DNA of 64,000 nt from an uncultured Acidobacteriota bacterium (GCA_963846425.1 CAWJVW010000005.1:2843732-2907731); one strand, 5' to 3'. Shown: positions 53,647 to 62,826, counted from the stretch's first letter. The notes: a model not told the origin generated them from the letters alone. Translations and numbers: made by a program.

Positions 53647-55780
53647 GCGCGGCGGCCGACGCCGGCGCGTACATCTCCGTGATGTACTGCTTCAGCATGC
53701 GTCGCGCGGAGAACCGAGGCAAGTTGGAGCGAATGGCTTCGCGCACGATCTGGATCCAGCGCCTTGGTACCAGGCGCTCGTCACGTTCATAGAACGCCGG
53801 GACGATCTGCTCTTCCAACAGTCGATAGAGCGCTTCGGCATCGGCCGCATCGGTCGCAGGATGGTCGTCCGGGTTTGTGTGGCTTTCTATGAGCCAGCCA
53901 TTTCGCCCGTTGAACCCCTCGGCCCACCACCCGTCTCCGATGCTCAGATGCGGGACGCCGTTCAGCGAGGCTTTCATACCGCTCGTCCCGCTCGCTTCGA
54001 GCGGCTTGCGCGGGTTGTTGAGCCACACGTCACAGCCCCCGACGAGACAGTGCGCGACGTGCAAGTCATAGTCGTCGATGAAGGCCACGCGTCCCGCGTA
54101 TGTCGGATCCAGCGTGCGCCGGAAGACCTGCTGTAAGTGGTGCTTGGCTGGATCGTCGGCGGGATGCGCTTTGCCCGCAAACACGATCTGCACCGGGCGA
54201 TTTGCCGCCGTGAGGATGCGGGCGAGCCGTACCGGGTCGTGAAAAATGAGCTCAGGGCGCTTGTACGCCGTAAAGCGCCTGGCATAGCCGATCGTCAGAG
54301 CATGTGCATCGAGCATGGCACCACCTCGAACGATCTGTGGTGGAGCGACGCGATCGGCCGCCCAACGTTGGCGCAGGCGTTCGCGAATGAACGTGAACAA
54401 CTCTGCGCGCAGCGTCTGGCGTGCGGCCCAGATATCCTCGTCCGGGATGTCGGTCAGCTGATCCCAGAACGATTGATCATCGTGACGGTCCAACCACGAG
54501 GGTCCGAGGTGCCGGTTGAAGAGATCCAGCATGGGACCGGCTATCCAGGTCGGGACGTGGACGCCATTGGTGATCGACTTGACGGGCACGCTGTCTGGCG
54601 TCAGCTCTGGCCAGATTGGCTGCCACATCTTGCGCGTGACCTCGCCGTGCAGCGCACTCACGCCGTTGACGTGTGCGGCCGTGCGCATGGCGAGCGCCGT
54701 CATGTTGAACTGCGGGCCGTTGCCATTGTCGTATTCGCCAAGGGCCAGGAAACGTTGGCGATATTGGCCGATGTCCCCCCAACAACCCGCAAGGTGCTTT
54801 TCGACCAACTGGAATGGAAAGGCATCATGGCCGGCTGGCACTGGCGTGTGGGTCGTGAATACCGTGCTGCTCCGCACTTCGTCCAGAGCGCTGTCAAACG
54901 ACGATCCGCGCTCGAGGAGCTCGCGAATTCGCTGAAGCGCCACAAAGGCGGCGTGACCCTCGTTGAGGTGCCAGACGGCAGGCTCGATCCCGAGCGCACG
55001 GAGGACACGCACGCCGCCGATGCCGAGGATGATTTCCTGCTGCACGCGCGTTTCACGGTCGCCACCATACAGCCGTGCCGACAACTCGCGATCCCACGGC
55101 GCGTTCTCTTCCAAATCGGTGTCGAGGAGAAACAGTCGCACGCGGCCGACACGGACGCGCCAGACCGCCGCCAGCACCGTTCGATCGCCGAGCGGCACTG
55201 CGGTGAGAGCTGGTTTCCCGTCGCGGGTGATTGCCGTATCAATAGGTGTGTCTGTCCAGGTCAGGCGTTCGTAATGCTCCTGCTGCCACCCCTCATTCGA
55301 GATGCGCTGGTGGAAGTAGCCCTGGGGATACATGAACCCCACGCCTACCAGCGGCACGCCCAGATCACTGGCTTCCTTGCAGTGATCGCCAGCCAAAACG
55401 CCAAGGCCGCCGGCATAAATGGGTAACGATTGGTGCAAGGCGAACTCTGCCGAGAAGTACGCGATGACCTTTCCGTTGAGCGCCGGCCCGTTTTGCGCCC
55501 ACCATGTGCCCTTGGCAGCACGGGCCTGGTCGAGACCTGCGAGTGCCGCGTCGTACAACGCCACGAACTCAGGATCCTCCGCAGCCGAACGCAAGCGCTC
55601 TTCGTCGATGTTGATGAGCATGCGCACCGGGTTGTGCGACGAAAGTTGCCACAGCGGATAGTCGAGGCGCCGAAACACTTGACGGGCGGCGGGAGTCCAA
55701 CTCCACCACAGGTCGAGCGAGAGCTCGGGCAGACGGTGAATGCGGCTGGGTACCGGGGCGGCGAGCGCGAAGCGTTCCAT
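53627..55780 (-). CDS. glgP: Alpha-glucan (glycogen/maltodextrin) phosphorylase, GT35
   Basis: 717 aa. LEASGTSGMKASLNGV PLP-lysine motif. 20-nt convergent overlap with the M28 gene. Confidence 0.9.
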   Translation of the reverse strand: MERFALAAPVPSRIHRLPELSLDLWWSWTPAARQVFRRLDYPLWQLSSHNPVRMLINIDEERLRSAAEDPEFVALYDAALAGLDQARAAKGTWWAQNGPALNGKVIAYFSAEFALHQSLPIYAGGLGVLAGDHCKEASDLGVPLVGVGFMYPQGYFHQRISNEGWQQEHYERLTWTDTPIDTAITRDGKPALTAVPLGDRTVLAAVWRVRVGRVRLFLLDTDLEENAPWDRELSARLYGGDRETRVQQEIILGIGGVRVLRALGIEPAVWHLNEGHAAFVALQRIRELLERGSSFDSALDEVRSSTVFTTHTPVPAGHDAFPFQLVEKHLAGCWGDIGQYRQRFLALGEYDNGNGPQFNMTALAMRTAAHVNGVSALHGEVTRKMWQPIWPELTPDSVPVKSITNGVHVPTWIAGPMLDLFNRHLGPSWLDRHDDQSFWDQLTDIPDEDIWAARQTLRAELFTFIRERLRQRWAADRVAPPQIVRGGAMLDAHALTIGYARRFTAYKRPELIFHDPVRLARILTAANRPVQIVFAGKAHPADDPAKHHLQQVFRRTLDPTYAGRVAFIDDYDLHVAHCLVGGCDVWLNNPRKPLEASGTSGMKASLNGVPHLSIGDGWWAEGFNGRNGWLIESHTNPDDHPATDAADAEALYRLLEEQIVPAFYERDERLVPRRWIQIVREAIRSNLPRFSARRMLKQYITEMYAPASAAALSVREP

Positions 55781-55793
55781 CGGGGATCAGATT

Positions 55794-55828
55794 AAAGGCA
55801 AAAGGCCAAAGGCAAAAAGCAGAAAGTG
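55794..55828. repeat. AAGGCA-type direct repeat element (same family as 28581-28673)
   Basis: aaaggcaaaaggccaaaggcaaaaagcagaaagtg, filling the spacer between the dehydratase stop and the glgP start. Confidence 0.65.
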
Positions 55829-55829
55829 A

Positions 55830-56810
55830 CTACGCCGATCGCGAAGGGCAGGCATCGACGAGATCGGCAAATCGGGCCAAGTCGATGTTGCCGCCGGACA
55901 CGACCGCAACTATTTTCTGTCCACTCACGCGTCCACTGAGCGCGGCGGCGATGGCGCACCCCGCCGCGCCTTCTGCAATGACGTGCACACGCTCGGCCGT
56001 TCGCTTCATCGCACTGCGGACCTCATCAAGTGACACTACGATTGAATCACTCACGACCGTCTTGAGCAACGGCCACATTGTCGGCAGCACCGAACGCCCA
56101 CCCGCGCCGTCAACGAACGAAGCCCTCCACTGGTCGAAGTAAACCGGCTCGCCGCGGGCAAACGACGTCGCGAGCGGCGCCGCCGTCTCTGGCTCTGCGG
56201 CATACAGCTTGACGCTGGGCTTCAGTGCCCTGGCCGCGGAACCAATGCCCGCCAGCAGGCCGCCTCCCCCAAGCGGAGCGATGATGGCGTCCACGTCCGG
56301 CAGATCTTCGAGAATCTCGAGGCCTGCCGTGCCGTTGCCTGCAATGAACAAATCGTTATCGAACGGATGCACGAAGTGCCCGCGCATGCGATCCGACCGA
56401 TGCTGCTCGACCGTCTTCCAGCATTCATCGTATGTGGCCGGGACAATGGTGGCGCCCAGCCGCTCGATGGAACGCAGTTTGGTCTGTGGCGCAGTGTCGA
56501 TGACCATCACCGAGCACGGCACGCCCGCGCGACGCGCGGCAAATGCAACCCCCTGCGCCGCATTCCCGGCGCTGACCGTCCACACGCCCTCTGCGAGGGT
56601 TTCGCGAGACATGGCACGCACGGCATTCCAGGCGCCCCGAATCTTGAATGAACCGATTGGCTGCAAAGCTTCGAGCTTCAAGTAGATCTCTTGTGAGGGA
56701 GCACCGTCGGCCGGAAACGGCAACTCGAGTCGCACGAGCGGCGTGCGGATCGCGGCTTCGTACGCAAACTTGGCGGCATCCTCGATTGCCGACAGCGAGA
56801 TCACACGCAT
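55830..56810 (-). CDS. PLP-dependent threonine/serine dehydratase-like enzyme
   Basis: Start ATG 56810 (MRVISLSAIEDAAKF...). PLP-lysine motif GSFKIRGA, GGGGLLAG glycine loop. The track ORF to 57077 is over-extended. Confidence 0.8.
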   Translation of the reverse strand: MRVISLSAIEDAAKFAYEAAIRTPLVRLELPFPADGAPSQEIYLKLEALQPIGSFKIRGAWNAVRAMSRETLAEGVWTVSAGNAAQGVAFAARRAGVPCSVMVIDTAPQTKLRSIERLGATIVPATYDECWKTVEQHRSDRMRGHFVHPFDNDLFIAGNGTAGLEILEDLPDVDAIIAPLGGGGLLAGIGSAARALKPSVKLYAAEPETAAPLATSFARGEPVYFDQWRASFVDGAGGRSVLPTMWPLLKTVVSDSIVVSLDEVRSAMKRTAERVHVIAEGAAGCAIAAALSGRVSGQKIVAVVSGGNIDLARFADLVDACPSRSA

Positions 56811-56837
56811 AGGGCGCGCGATCGTATCATGCTCACC

Positions 56838-57966
56838 ATGTCCGTCCGATTTGCCGCGATTCTGATGTTGGCCTTCAGCGCACCCGCGCTCGTGGGCCAG
56901 ACAAGACGTCCGCGCGCGCGCGACCTTGGATTGGCTCCAGGGGTTCTCGCACCAGGACCACTCAACGCCATTACTGATGTCAATGGTGTGCGCGTTGGGC
57001 ATACGACGCTCACCACCGGCGACAACGTTCGCACCGGCGTCACCGTCGTCATCCCGCATGGTGGAAATATCTTTCAAGAGAAAGTTCCTGGCGCTGTTTT
57101 CGTGGGCAATGCCTTTGGCAAGTTAGCCGGGTCCACGCAGGTAGACGAACTCGGCACGATCGAAACGCCGATTGCGTTGACCAATACGTTGAGCGTCGGC
57201 GCTGCAATTGAAGGCCTTGTGCAGTGGACGCTGAAGCAGAACGGGAACGCGGAGGTTCGATCCGTCAATGCGCTGGTGGGGGAAACCAACGACGGCGGCC
57301 TCAATGACATTCGAGGATTGCACGTCCGTCCGGAACACGTCCTAGCCGCACTCTCGGCTGCACAGGAAGGCCCCGTTGAGGAGGGCAGCGTCGGCGCAGG
57401 GACGGGCACACGCGCATTCGCCTGGAAAGGCGGCGTCGGCACAACGTCCCGTCGACTCGATGCGCGGAACGGAAGCTACACGCTCGGCGTTTTGGTGCAA
57501 AGCAATTATGGCGGTTACCTGACAATGGGCGGGGCGCCAGTCGGAAGGGAATTGTCTCCCACGCGCAAAGTTGCGGGGGCTGATGCCGACGGCTCCTGCA
57601 TGATCGTCGTTGCGACCGATGCGCCACTCGACGCACGTGACCTGAAGCGCCTGGCGGCACGCGCAGTGTTCGGGCTCGCGCGGACCGGGTCTTCCTACAG
57701 CAACGGCAGCGGTGACTTTGCGATAGCGTTCTCGACCGCCACAGGCTTACGCGTAAAGTTCGGTGAGTCCTCGCCGCAGCCCCGCACAGGTCCTGCCGAC
57801 CGATGGCGTGTCCGCGCTATTCCAGGCGGCGCTCGAAGCCACGGAAGAAGCTGTTTACAATTCGATGTTGACAGCGACGACGGTGACGAGTCGCATAGGG
57901 ATGGCTGAAGCCATCCCCATCGACAAACTTACAGAAGTGCTACGAAAGTACCGAGTGATTCAGTGA
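56838..57966 (+). pseudogene. P1/S58 (DmpA-like) aminopeptidase with apparent +1 frameshift near the C4 run at 57780-57783
   Basis: Signal peptide MSVRFAAILMLAFSAPALVGQ. The family-typical C-terminus (LPTDGVSALFQAALEATEEAVYNSML...) is in the +1 frame (track ORF 57763-57966). Deleting one C restores ...SSPQPAQVLPTDG... Confidence 0.7.
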
Positions 57967-57979
57967 GCCGCATTCGTGA

Positions 57980-58270
57980 TTACGCAGCGGATGGGCGGCG
58001 GGTGCGCAGCCGCTCAGGGTTGGCGGGCAGCACGCGCGCGAGGCGCGGAGATCCAACTTCCCAACCCGGTGATCGATGACCACAGGCAACACACCGCAAC
58101 GCCATCCGTTCGGGTTCGGTGTGGAGCACCTTGTAGTGCCCGCCATTGATCACGCACCACGTGCTACAAAGCCAGCTCGTCAATCGCTTCCCGAGCGACG
58201 CAGCCTGCGCGCTCGGATCGATGCTCGTGAGTGTCCGCGGTCCGGGGATTCTGATCGAGATCGTCGTCAT
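57980..58270 (-). CDS. Hypothetical small Cys-containing protein
   Basis: Decent GC3. AGGAG 13 nt upstream of ATG 58270 (alternative ATG 58351). CSTWC...CVACG possible zinc ribbon. Confidence 0.4.
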   Translation of the reverse strand: MTTISIRIPGPRTLTSIDPSAQAASLGKRLTSWLCSTWCVINGGHYKVLHTEPERMALRCVACGHRSPGWEVGSPRLARVLPANPERLRTRRPSAA

Positions 58271-58525
58271 ATCGGCCTCGTTACTCCTGCGTCGCTTTAC
58301 TGCAAGGTTTGGACCGCCAATCTCTTCGGGTTGGCGAAGCTCGACCGTCATTGTTGAGTAGTGTGTTACTCACTCATATGTAACCGATTGCCGCCGATGA
58401 GATGAGCCGATTACTCCTTACATTTCTAGGATTTCAGAAGTGTTATCGGTCTTTGTCCGAGATGGGTTACACCGCGCTTCGGGTCTGTGGAGAGCCGATC
58501 CAAAAATCAGTGGAGACTATTTCGA

Positions 58526-59263
58526 TCAGCGGCCGGCAACGAGTTGACTCAGCAGTGGGACGCTGCGGCCGTTGACTTCGCTGTACCGGTAACGCATCGT
58601 GAACGTCGACTCGCCAACCATCTTCACGTCTGCGCATGACTCGATGGCGGTGGGCAAGGCAACCCCGGCAAATCTGCCGTAGTGTTTGATGATGGTGACG
58701 GACTTCACCCAGAACGAGGGTGATTTTGCGAGCCTGCCTTCGAGACGCAGCGGATAGCCATCCGCGCTCACCGTCAAGGTCCCATCGATCAGCCTCGAAT
58801 CGGATCGCCGTGGCTTGAGCTGGATCTGCAGGTCGCCGACCCGCGCGCCGGGCAACGCGTGAAACTCATAGTTCTCGAGTGTCAAGGCCGCCGCTTCCTG
58901 TGAGCCGTCGCGCCACGACGCCGCTTCACTTTGCAGCAGCTCACGAAAGATCTTGTTGCGGGTGCGTTCGGACCCGCCTTCTTCGATCACATTCCACGTG
59001 AAGGCGCCGGATGGACTCAGCATCGTTTCAACCTCCATCCATCCCTGATGCTTGCCGCTGCGTGTGCCAGCCCGCAATTCACGAATGGCGCGAACCGCGA
59101 CCGCTTCGCGGCCCGTCAGCGCGATGACACGTTGTATTAGCTCTTGTGCCGAGGCATCCGCCGCGTCGAGATTTGCGTTCAACGTGGAAGCTAGCCCGAC
59201 CATCGCCACCACGCACAGCGCGGCAACCTTTGGCGGATTACACGATGTCGTCAGGCTTTCCAC
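58526..59263 (-). CDS. Hypothetical secreted protein (possibly LolA-like fold)
   Basis: Start set to GTG 59263 to give signal peptide ...KVAALCVVAMVGLASTLNA and avoid overlap with the divergent BON gene. Family assignment is tentative. Confidence 0.45.
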   Translation of the reverse strand: MESLTTSCNPPKVAALCVVAMVGLASTLNANLDAADASAQELIQRVIALTGREAVAVRAIRELRAGTRSGKHQGWMEVETMLSPSGAFTWNVIEEGGSERTRNKIFRELLQSEAASWRDGSQEAAALTLENYEFHALPGARVGDLQIQLKPRRSDSRLIDGTLTVSADGYPLRLEGRLAKSPSFWVKSVTIIKHYGRFAGVALPTAIESCADVKMVGESTFTMRYRYSEVNGRSVPLLSQLVAGR

Positions 59264-59368
59264 GCGATTGATGTATGGCAAGACACGCGCCAATGAACGT
59301 GTGGTCGCGCTTGGCACCTTTTTGGCACGCCCACGCACGTGGCAACACGGGAAATACTCAGCTTGTGT

Positions 59369-59722
59369 ATGAGAGCAACACGGTGGGCGATCGCAGCGCT
59401 CATCGCTTCTGCCATGACTGCAATCGGCTGTGCGTCGCCGATTGAAGAGGTTAGAGATCCCGCCATGCGGGTTCCCATCGTTTCCGACGACAGCCTTGTG
59501 CACGCCTTGGATACGAGCGTGGAAATGCGCGCGGTGGACCGACTCGAGTTGGACACCCTGCTTCGCGACCGCGAGATCTACATCGATGTCGTCGATGGCG
59601 TGGTGGTTATCGTTGGCGAAGTGTGGACACCCCTTGAGAAAGAACGCGTGGGGAACCTCGTGCGGAGCGTGGCGGGGATGATCGATGTCGTCAACGAACT
59701 CGATGTCCGACCGCCAATGTGA
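59369..59722 (+). CDS. BON domain lipoprotein
   Basis: Lipobox MTAIGC. BON-like ...IDVVDGVVVIVGEVWTPLEKERVGNLVRSVAGMIDVVNEL. Confidence 0.7.
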   Translation: MRATRWAIAALIASAMTAIGCASPIEEVRDPAMRVPIVSDDSLVHALDTSVEMRAVDRLELDTLLRDREIYIDVVDGVVVIVGEVWTPLEKERVGNLVRSVAGMIDVVNELDVRPPM

Positions 59723-60533
59723 AGTCGATCCCGCGCCTTGCCCCGGGGTGGCACGGATCGGGTGTTCGGGCTGGCACTACAAGAGTTGGCGCGGCACGAT
59801 TTATCCCGATCGCGTGCCGAGCACATCATGGCTGCGGGTCTACGCGAGACGTTTTTGTACCGTTGAGCTCAACAACAGTTTCTATCGTTTGCCCGCCGAA
59901 CAGACGTTTGCCAGCTGGCGTGAGCAGGTGCCTCGCGGCTTCCTGTTTTCGGTCAAGGCCAGCCGTTTTCTGACGCATATCAAGCGTCTGCGCGATCCAG
60001 ACGAGCCGCTCACCAGGTTGCTGACACACGCCCGCCCGCTTGGTGCCTCGATTGGCGCACTGCTGTATCAATTGCCGCCTGGATGGTTTCCAGACGCTGA
60101 ACGTCTCGAAGCGTTCCTCGCGGCGCTCCCCGAACGATTGACCGGCGCACGCCATCGCCTAAGCCATGTCATCGAGATGCGAGATCCCCGCGGCTACGAC
60201 GGATGGGTCATCGATCTGCTCCGTCGATATGACGTGAGCCTGTGTGTGCACGACATGGCAGGGCTCGAGTCCCCCTTGGTGATAGTGGGGCCAATCATTT
60301 ACGTGCGGTTTCATGGGTATGGCGTGAAGTACGGGGGCAGTTATCCGAGCGCTGTGCTCGAGAAGTGGGCCACCTGGCTTCGGGGGGCTCTGGCGACGGG
60401 TCGCGATGCCTACGTTTACTTCAACAACGACGTCAATGGCTACGCCGTTCACGACGCCGAGCGCTTCAAAATCCTCGTGAATGGCGAGCCACCGGGTCGC
60501 GTCCCTGGTGGCAGAGCCATTGCAACACCTTAG
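59703..60533 (+). CDS. DUF72 (UPF0759) family protein
   Basis: IGCSGWHYKSWRGTIYP...VELNNSFYRLP signature. Start uncertain (ATG 59703 or GTG 59748). Confidence 0.8.
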   Translation: MSDRQCEVDPAPCPGVARIGCSGWHYKSWRGTIYPDRVPSTSWLRVYARRFCTVELNNSFYRLPAEQTFASWREQVPRGFLFSVKASRFLTHIKRLRDPDEPLTRLLTHARPLGASIGALLYQLPPGWFPDAERLEAFLAALPERLTGARHRLSHVIEMRDPRGYDGWVIDLLRRYDVSLCVHDMAGLESPLVIVGPIIYVRFHGYGVKYGGSYPSAVLEKWATWLRGALATGRDAYVYFNNDVNGYAVHDAERFKILVNGEPPGRVPGGRAIATP

Positions 60534-60548
60534 CGGGGGAGATCACAC

Positions 60549-60779
60549 ATGAGCCGCTTTGATTCGACGACATTTCTCACGGGCTTGCTCGTTGGCTCAG
60601 CTGCTGGCGCGGTCGCCGGTTTGCTTTATGCGCCGAGGCCTGGCGCCGCGCTGAACGCGATGCGCCATCCTAACGCGCTCGACACTGAGGAGCCGCGTGT
60701 TGACGAGGAGATCGATCAGTCATTTCCGGCGAGCGACCCTCCGTCATGGACGTCGGCGACAAGCACGACCGATCGTTGA
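60549..60779 (+). CDS. YtxH-like small membrane-associated protein
   Basis: FLTGLLVGSAAGAVAGLLYAPRPG N-terminal helix typical of the YtxH domain. GGGGGAG RBS. Confidence 0.6.
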   Translation: MSRFDSTTFLTGLLVGSAAGAVAGLLYAPRPGAALNAMRHPNALDTEEPRVDEEIDQSFPASDPPSWTSATSTTDR

Positions 60780-60844
60780 GACGATGCGCCTTGAAAACCG
60801 TCAGTCAGACTTCCAACCAGTTGAAACACCGTCAGCGGTCCACC

Positions 60845-61714
60845 GTGACGGATAACAGGCCGGAGCCGCCGTTTCCGCCGCAGCATCAGGAACCTCCGGG
60901 TCTCGAAGGCGCGATGACACCCAAGCCGGAGTTTCGTGGAAGGCAGTATCGGCCTGCGGGCAAGCTCGTTGACAAGGTCGCGCTCGTCACCGGTGGTGAC
61001 TCGGGCATTGGCCGGGCAGTGGCCTATCTGTTTGCGCGCGAGGGCGCGGATGTCGCCATCGTGTATCTCGAGGCAGAGCGATCGGATGCGATTGAGGTGC
61101 GCGACGAGATTCACAAGCTAGGTCAGCGCGTGCAGATGATTCAGGGAGACGTCAGCGACTCGAACTTTTGCGAGGGCGCGGTCCGGCAGACGGTCGAGAC
61201 GTTTGGCCGGTTGAACATACTCGTCAACAACGCTGCGTACCAGAGTCGCAAGAAATCGATCGACGACATCAGCGACGAGGAGTGGGACCACACCTTTCGC
61301 GTCAACATTCACGGGTATTTCTACATGGCGCGTGCCGCGCTGAAGTATCTGCAGAAGGGCGATGCGATCATCAACTGCGGATCGATTACCGGGCTTGAAG
61401 GAAGCCGGGAGCTCCTCGACTACTCGTCCACCAAGGGCGCCATTCATGCCTTTACCAAGTCGCTGGCGCAGAACCTGGTCGACAAGGGAATTCGCGTGAA
61501 CTGCGTCTCTCCAGGCCCGGTGTGGACGCCGCTCAACGTCGCGGACAAGCCTGCGAACGAGGCTGGTCAGCATGGCGCGGACACTCCCATGCATCGTCCT
61601 GCGCAGCCTGACGAGATCGCGCCTGCGTTTGTGTTTTTCGCGTCTGCCGGGGATTCGAGTTACATCACGGGAGAGATTCTCACCCTGCTGGGGGGTGAAA
61701 CGACGGCCGCCTAG
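60845..61714 (+). CDS. SDR family oxidoreductase (YhdF/YhxC-like general-stress type)
   Basis: PPQHQEPPGLEGAMTPKP N-terminus typical of this subgroup. TGGDSGIGRA, NNAA, YSSTKGA motifs. Start GTG 60845 chosen. Confidence 0.85.
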   Translation: MTDNRPEPPFPPQHQEPPGLEGAMTPKPEFRGRQYRPAGKLVDKVALVTGGDSGIGRAVAYLFAREGADVAIVYLEAERSDAIEVRDEIHKLGQRVQMIQGDVSDSNFCEGAVRQTVETFGRLNILVNNAAYQSRKKSIDDISDEEWDHTFRVNIHGYFYMARAALKYLQKGDAIINCGSITGLEGSRELLDYSSTKGAIHAFTKSLAQNLVDKGIRVNCVSPGPVWTPLNVADKPANEAGQHGADTPMHRPAQPDEIAPAFVFFASAGDSSYITGEILTLLGGETTAA

Positions 61715-61821
61715 CCGCCTACGCCATCGCTTCGGATTGACACGGTCTTCGGTCCCGCGACATCATCGCCATCGCATATTCCTCGCTTTGGGTGAGCCCC
61801 CCACGCGAACTGGAGGATGTT

Positions 61822-62670
61822 ATGCGGTCAGCCGGTTGTGTCGGCCTCGTTCTGCTCGTTTCCGTTCTCTGCAGTAGCCCCGTGGAGGCGGCGGCGCCCT
61901 ACGGACTCACCTTCGGCATGTCGGGACAGTTCGTTTCATTGCGGTGGCAAGGCGACGGCTCGACGTGGCTTCTCGAAGCCGGTTCAGCCTCGGGATTGTC
62001 CGACCTGGTGCGGCAACCGGTCGTCTCGACCACGCGACTGCTGTCGTTCGCTAACGTGCCTCCCGGCACGTACTACGTTCGGGTTCGTGCGCTGGTCAAT
62101 GGAGTGCCGAGTGCACCGACCAACGAAGTCGTAATCAAGGTCGTATGCACCATTGGAGAACTTGATTTGCGCTCAACGAAGAGTGGTCTGAACGTCCAGT
62201 TCAACTGGTCGCCGATCGGCGTTGTCCCCGCACTCCAAGTGGAGGTCGGGAGCGCGCCGGGACTCAGCAATCTTGCGGTTGTGCCGCTCCCCACCTTCCC
62301 GACGCAATTGATCGCCACTGGAGCCCCCGGCACCTACTACGTCCGCGTCCGCGGCAAGAGCGGTTGTGGCTTCGGACAACCGTCAAACGAGGTTCGTCTC
62401 GATCTGGGTTCCTCGAGTCATTGCGTGCCCACGCTCTCGCCATTCAATCGAAATGTCAGTTTCTCGGGAGTCTACACTGTCAGCGTTTCGGTCTCGGGCG
62501 GCTGCGCCTGGACTGTCTTCACACGGGATACGGGATGGATTACACCCATCACGCTGAATGGAGTCGGCTCCGGGACCATTTCCTACCGCGTCACCTTACC
62601 TGGAGGGGGGACAGGTCAGATCTATGTGACGACCTCGAGCGGCCGGTACTACGTGAACGTCACATCGTAG
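61822..62670 (+). CDS. Secreted protein with two FN3/Ig-like repeats and a C-terminal Ig-like (BACON-like?) domain
   Basis: GGAGGA RBS, signal peptide. Internal duplication (...GSASGLSDL...PPGTYYVRVRA...PSAPTNEV / ...GSAPGLSNL...APGTYYVRVRG...GQPSNEV). Confidence 0.6.
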   Translation: MRSAGCVGLVLLVSVLCSSPVEAAAPYGLTFGMSGQFVSLRWQGDGSTWLLEAGSASGLSDLVRQPVVSTTRLLSFANVPPGTYYVRVRALVNGVPSAPTNEVVIKVVCTIGELDLRSTKSGLNVQFNWSPIGVVPALQVEVGSAPGLSNLAVVPLPTFPTQLIATGAPGTYYVRVRGKSGCGFGQPSNEVRLDLGSSSHCVPTLSPFNRNVSFSGVYTVSVSVSGGCAWTVFTRDTGWITPITLNGVGSGTISYRVTLPGGGTGQIYVTTSSGRYYVNVTS

Positions 62671-62716
62671 GGACAGCCTTCGTGTGGCATCGGACCCGGC
62701 TGGCTTGCCAACCGAA

Positions 62717-62733
62717 GCTCGCCGAAAGCGAGC
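62717..62733. terminator. Small hairpin between the FN3-like gene and the tRNA 3' end
   Basis: GCTCGC-cgaaa-GCGAGC. On the minus strand it is followed by TTCGGTT. Weak. Confidence 0.3.
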
Positions 62734-62739
62734 GAAGGT

Positions 62740-62826
62740 TGGTGCGGAAGAGAGGACTCGAACCTCCACGCCCTTGCGGGCACAAGCTCCTGAGGCTTGC
62801 GCGTCTGCCAATTCCGCCACTTCCGC
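62740..62826 (-). tRNA. tRNA-Leu (anticodon CAG), type II with long variable arm, CCA encoded
   Basis: Minus strand GCGGAAG-TG-GCGGAATTGGCAGACGC-G-CAAGC-CTCAGGA-GCTTG-TGCCCGCAAGGGCG-TGGAGGTTCGAGTCCTCT-CTTCCGC-A-CCA. Full cloverleaf traced by hand. Confidence 0.9.
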
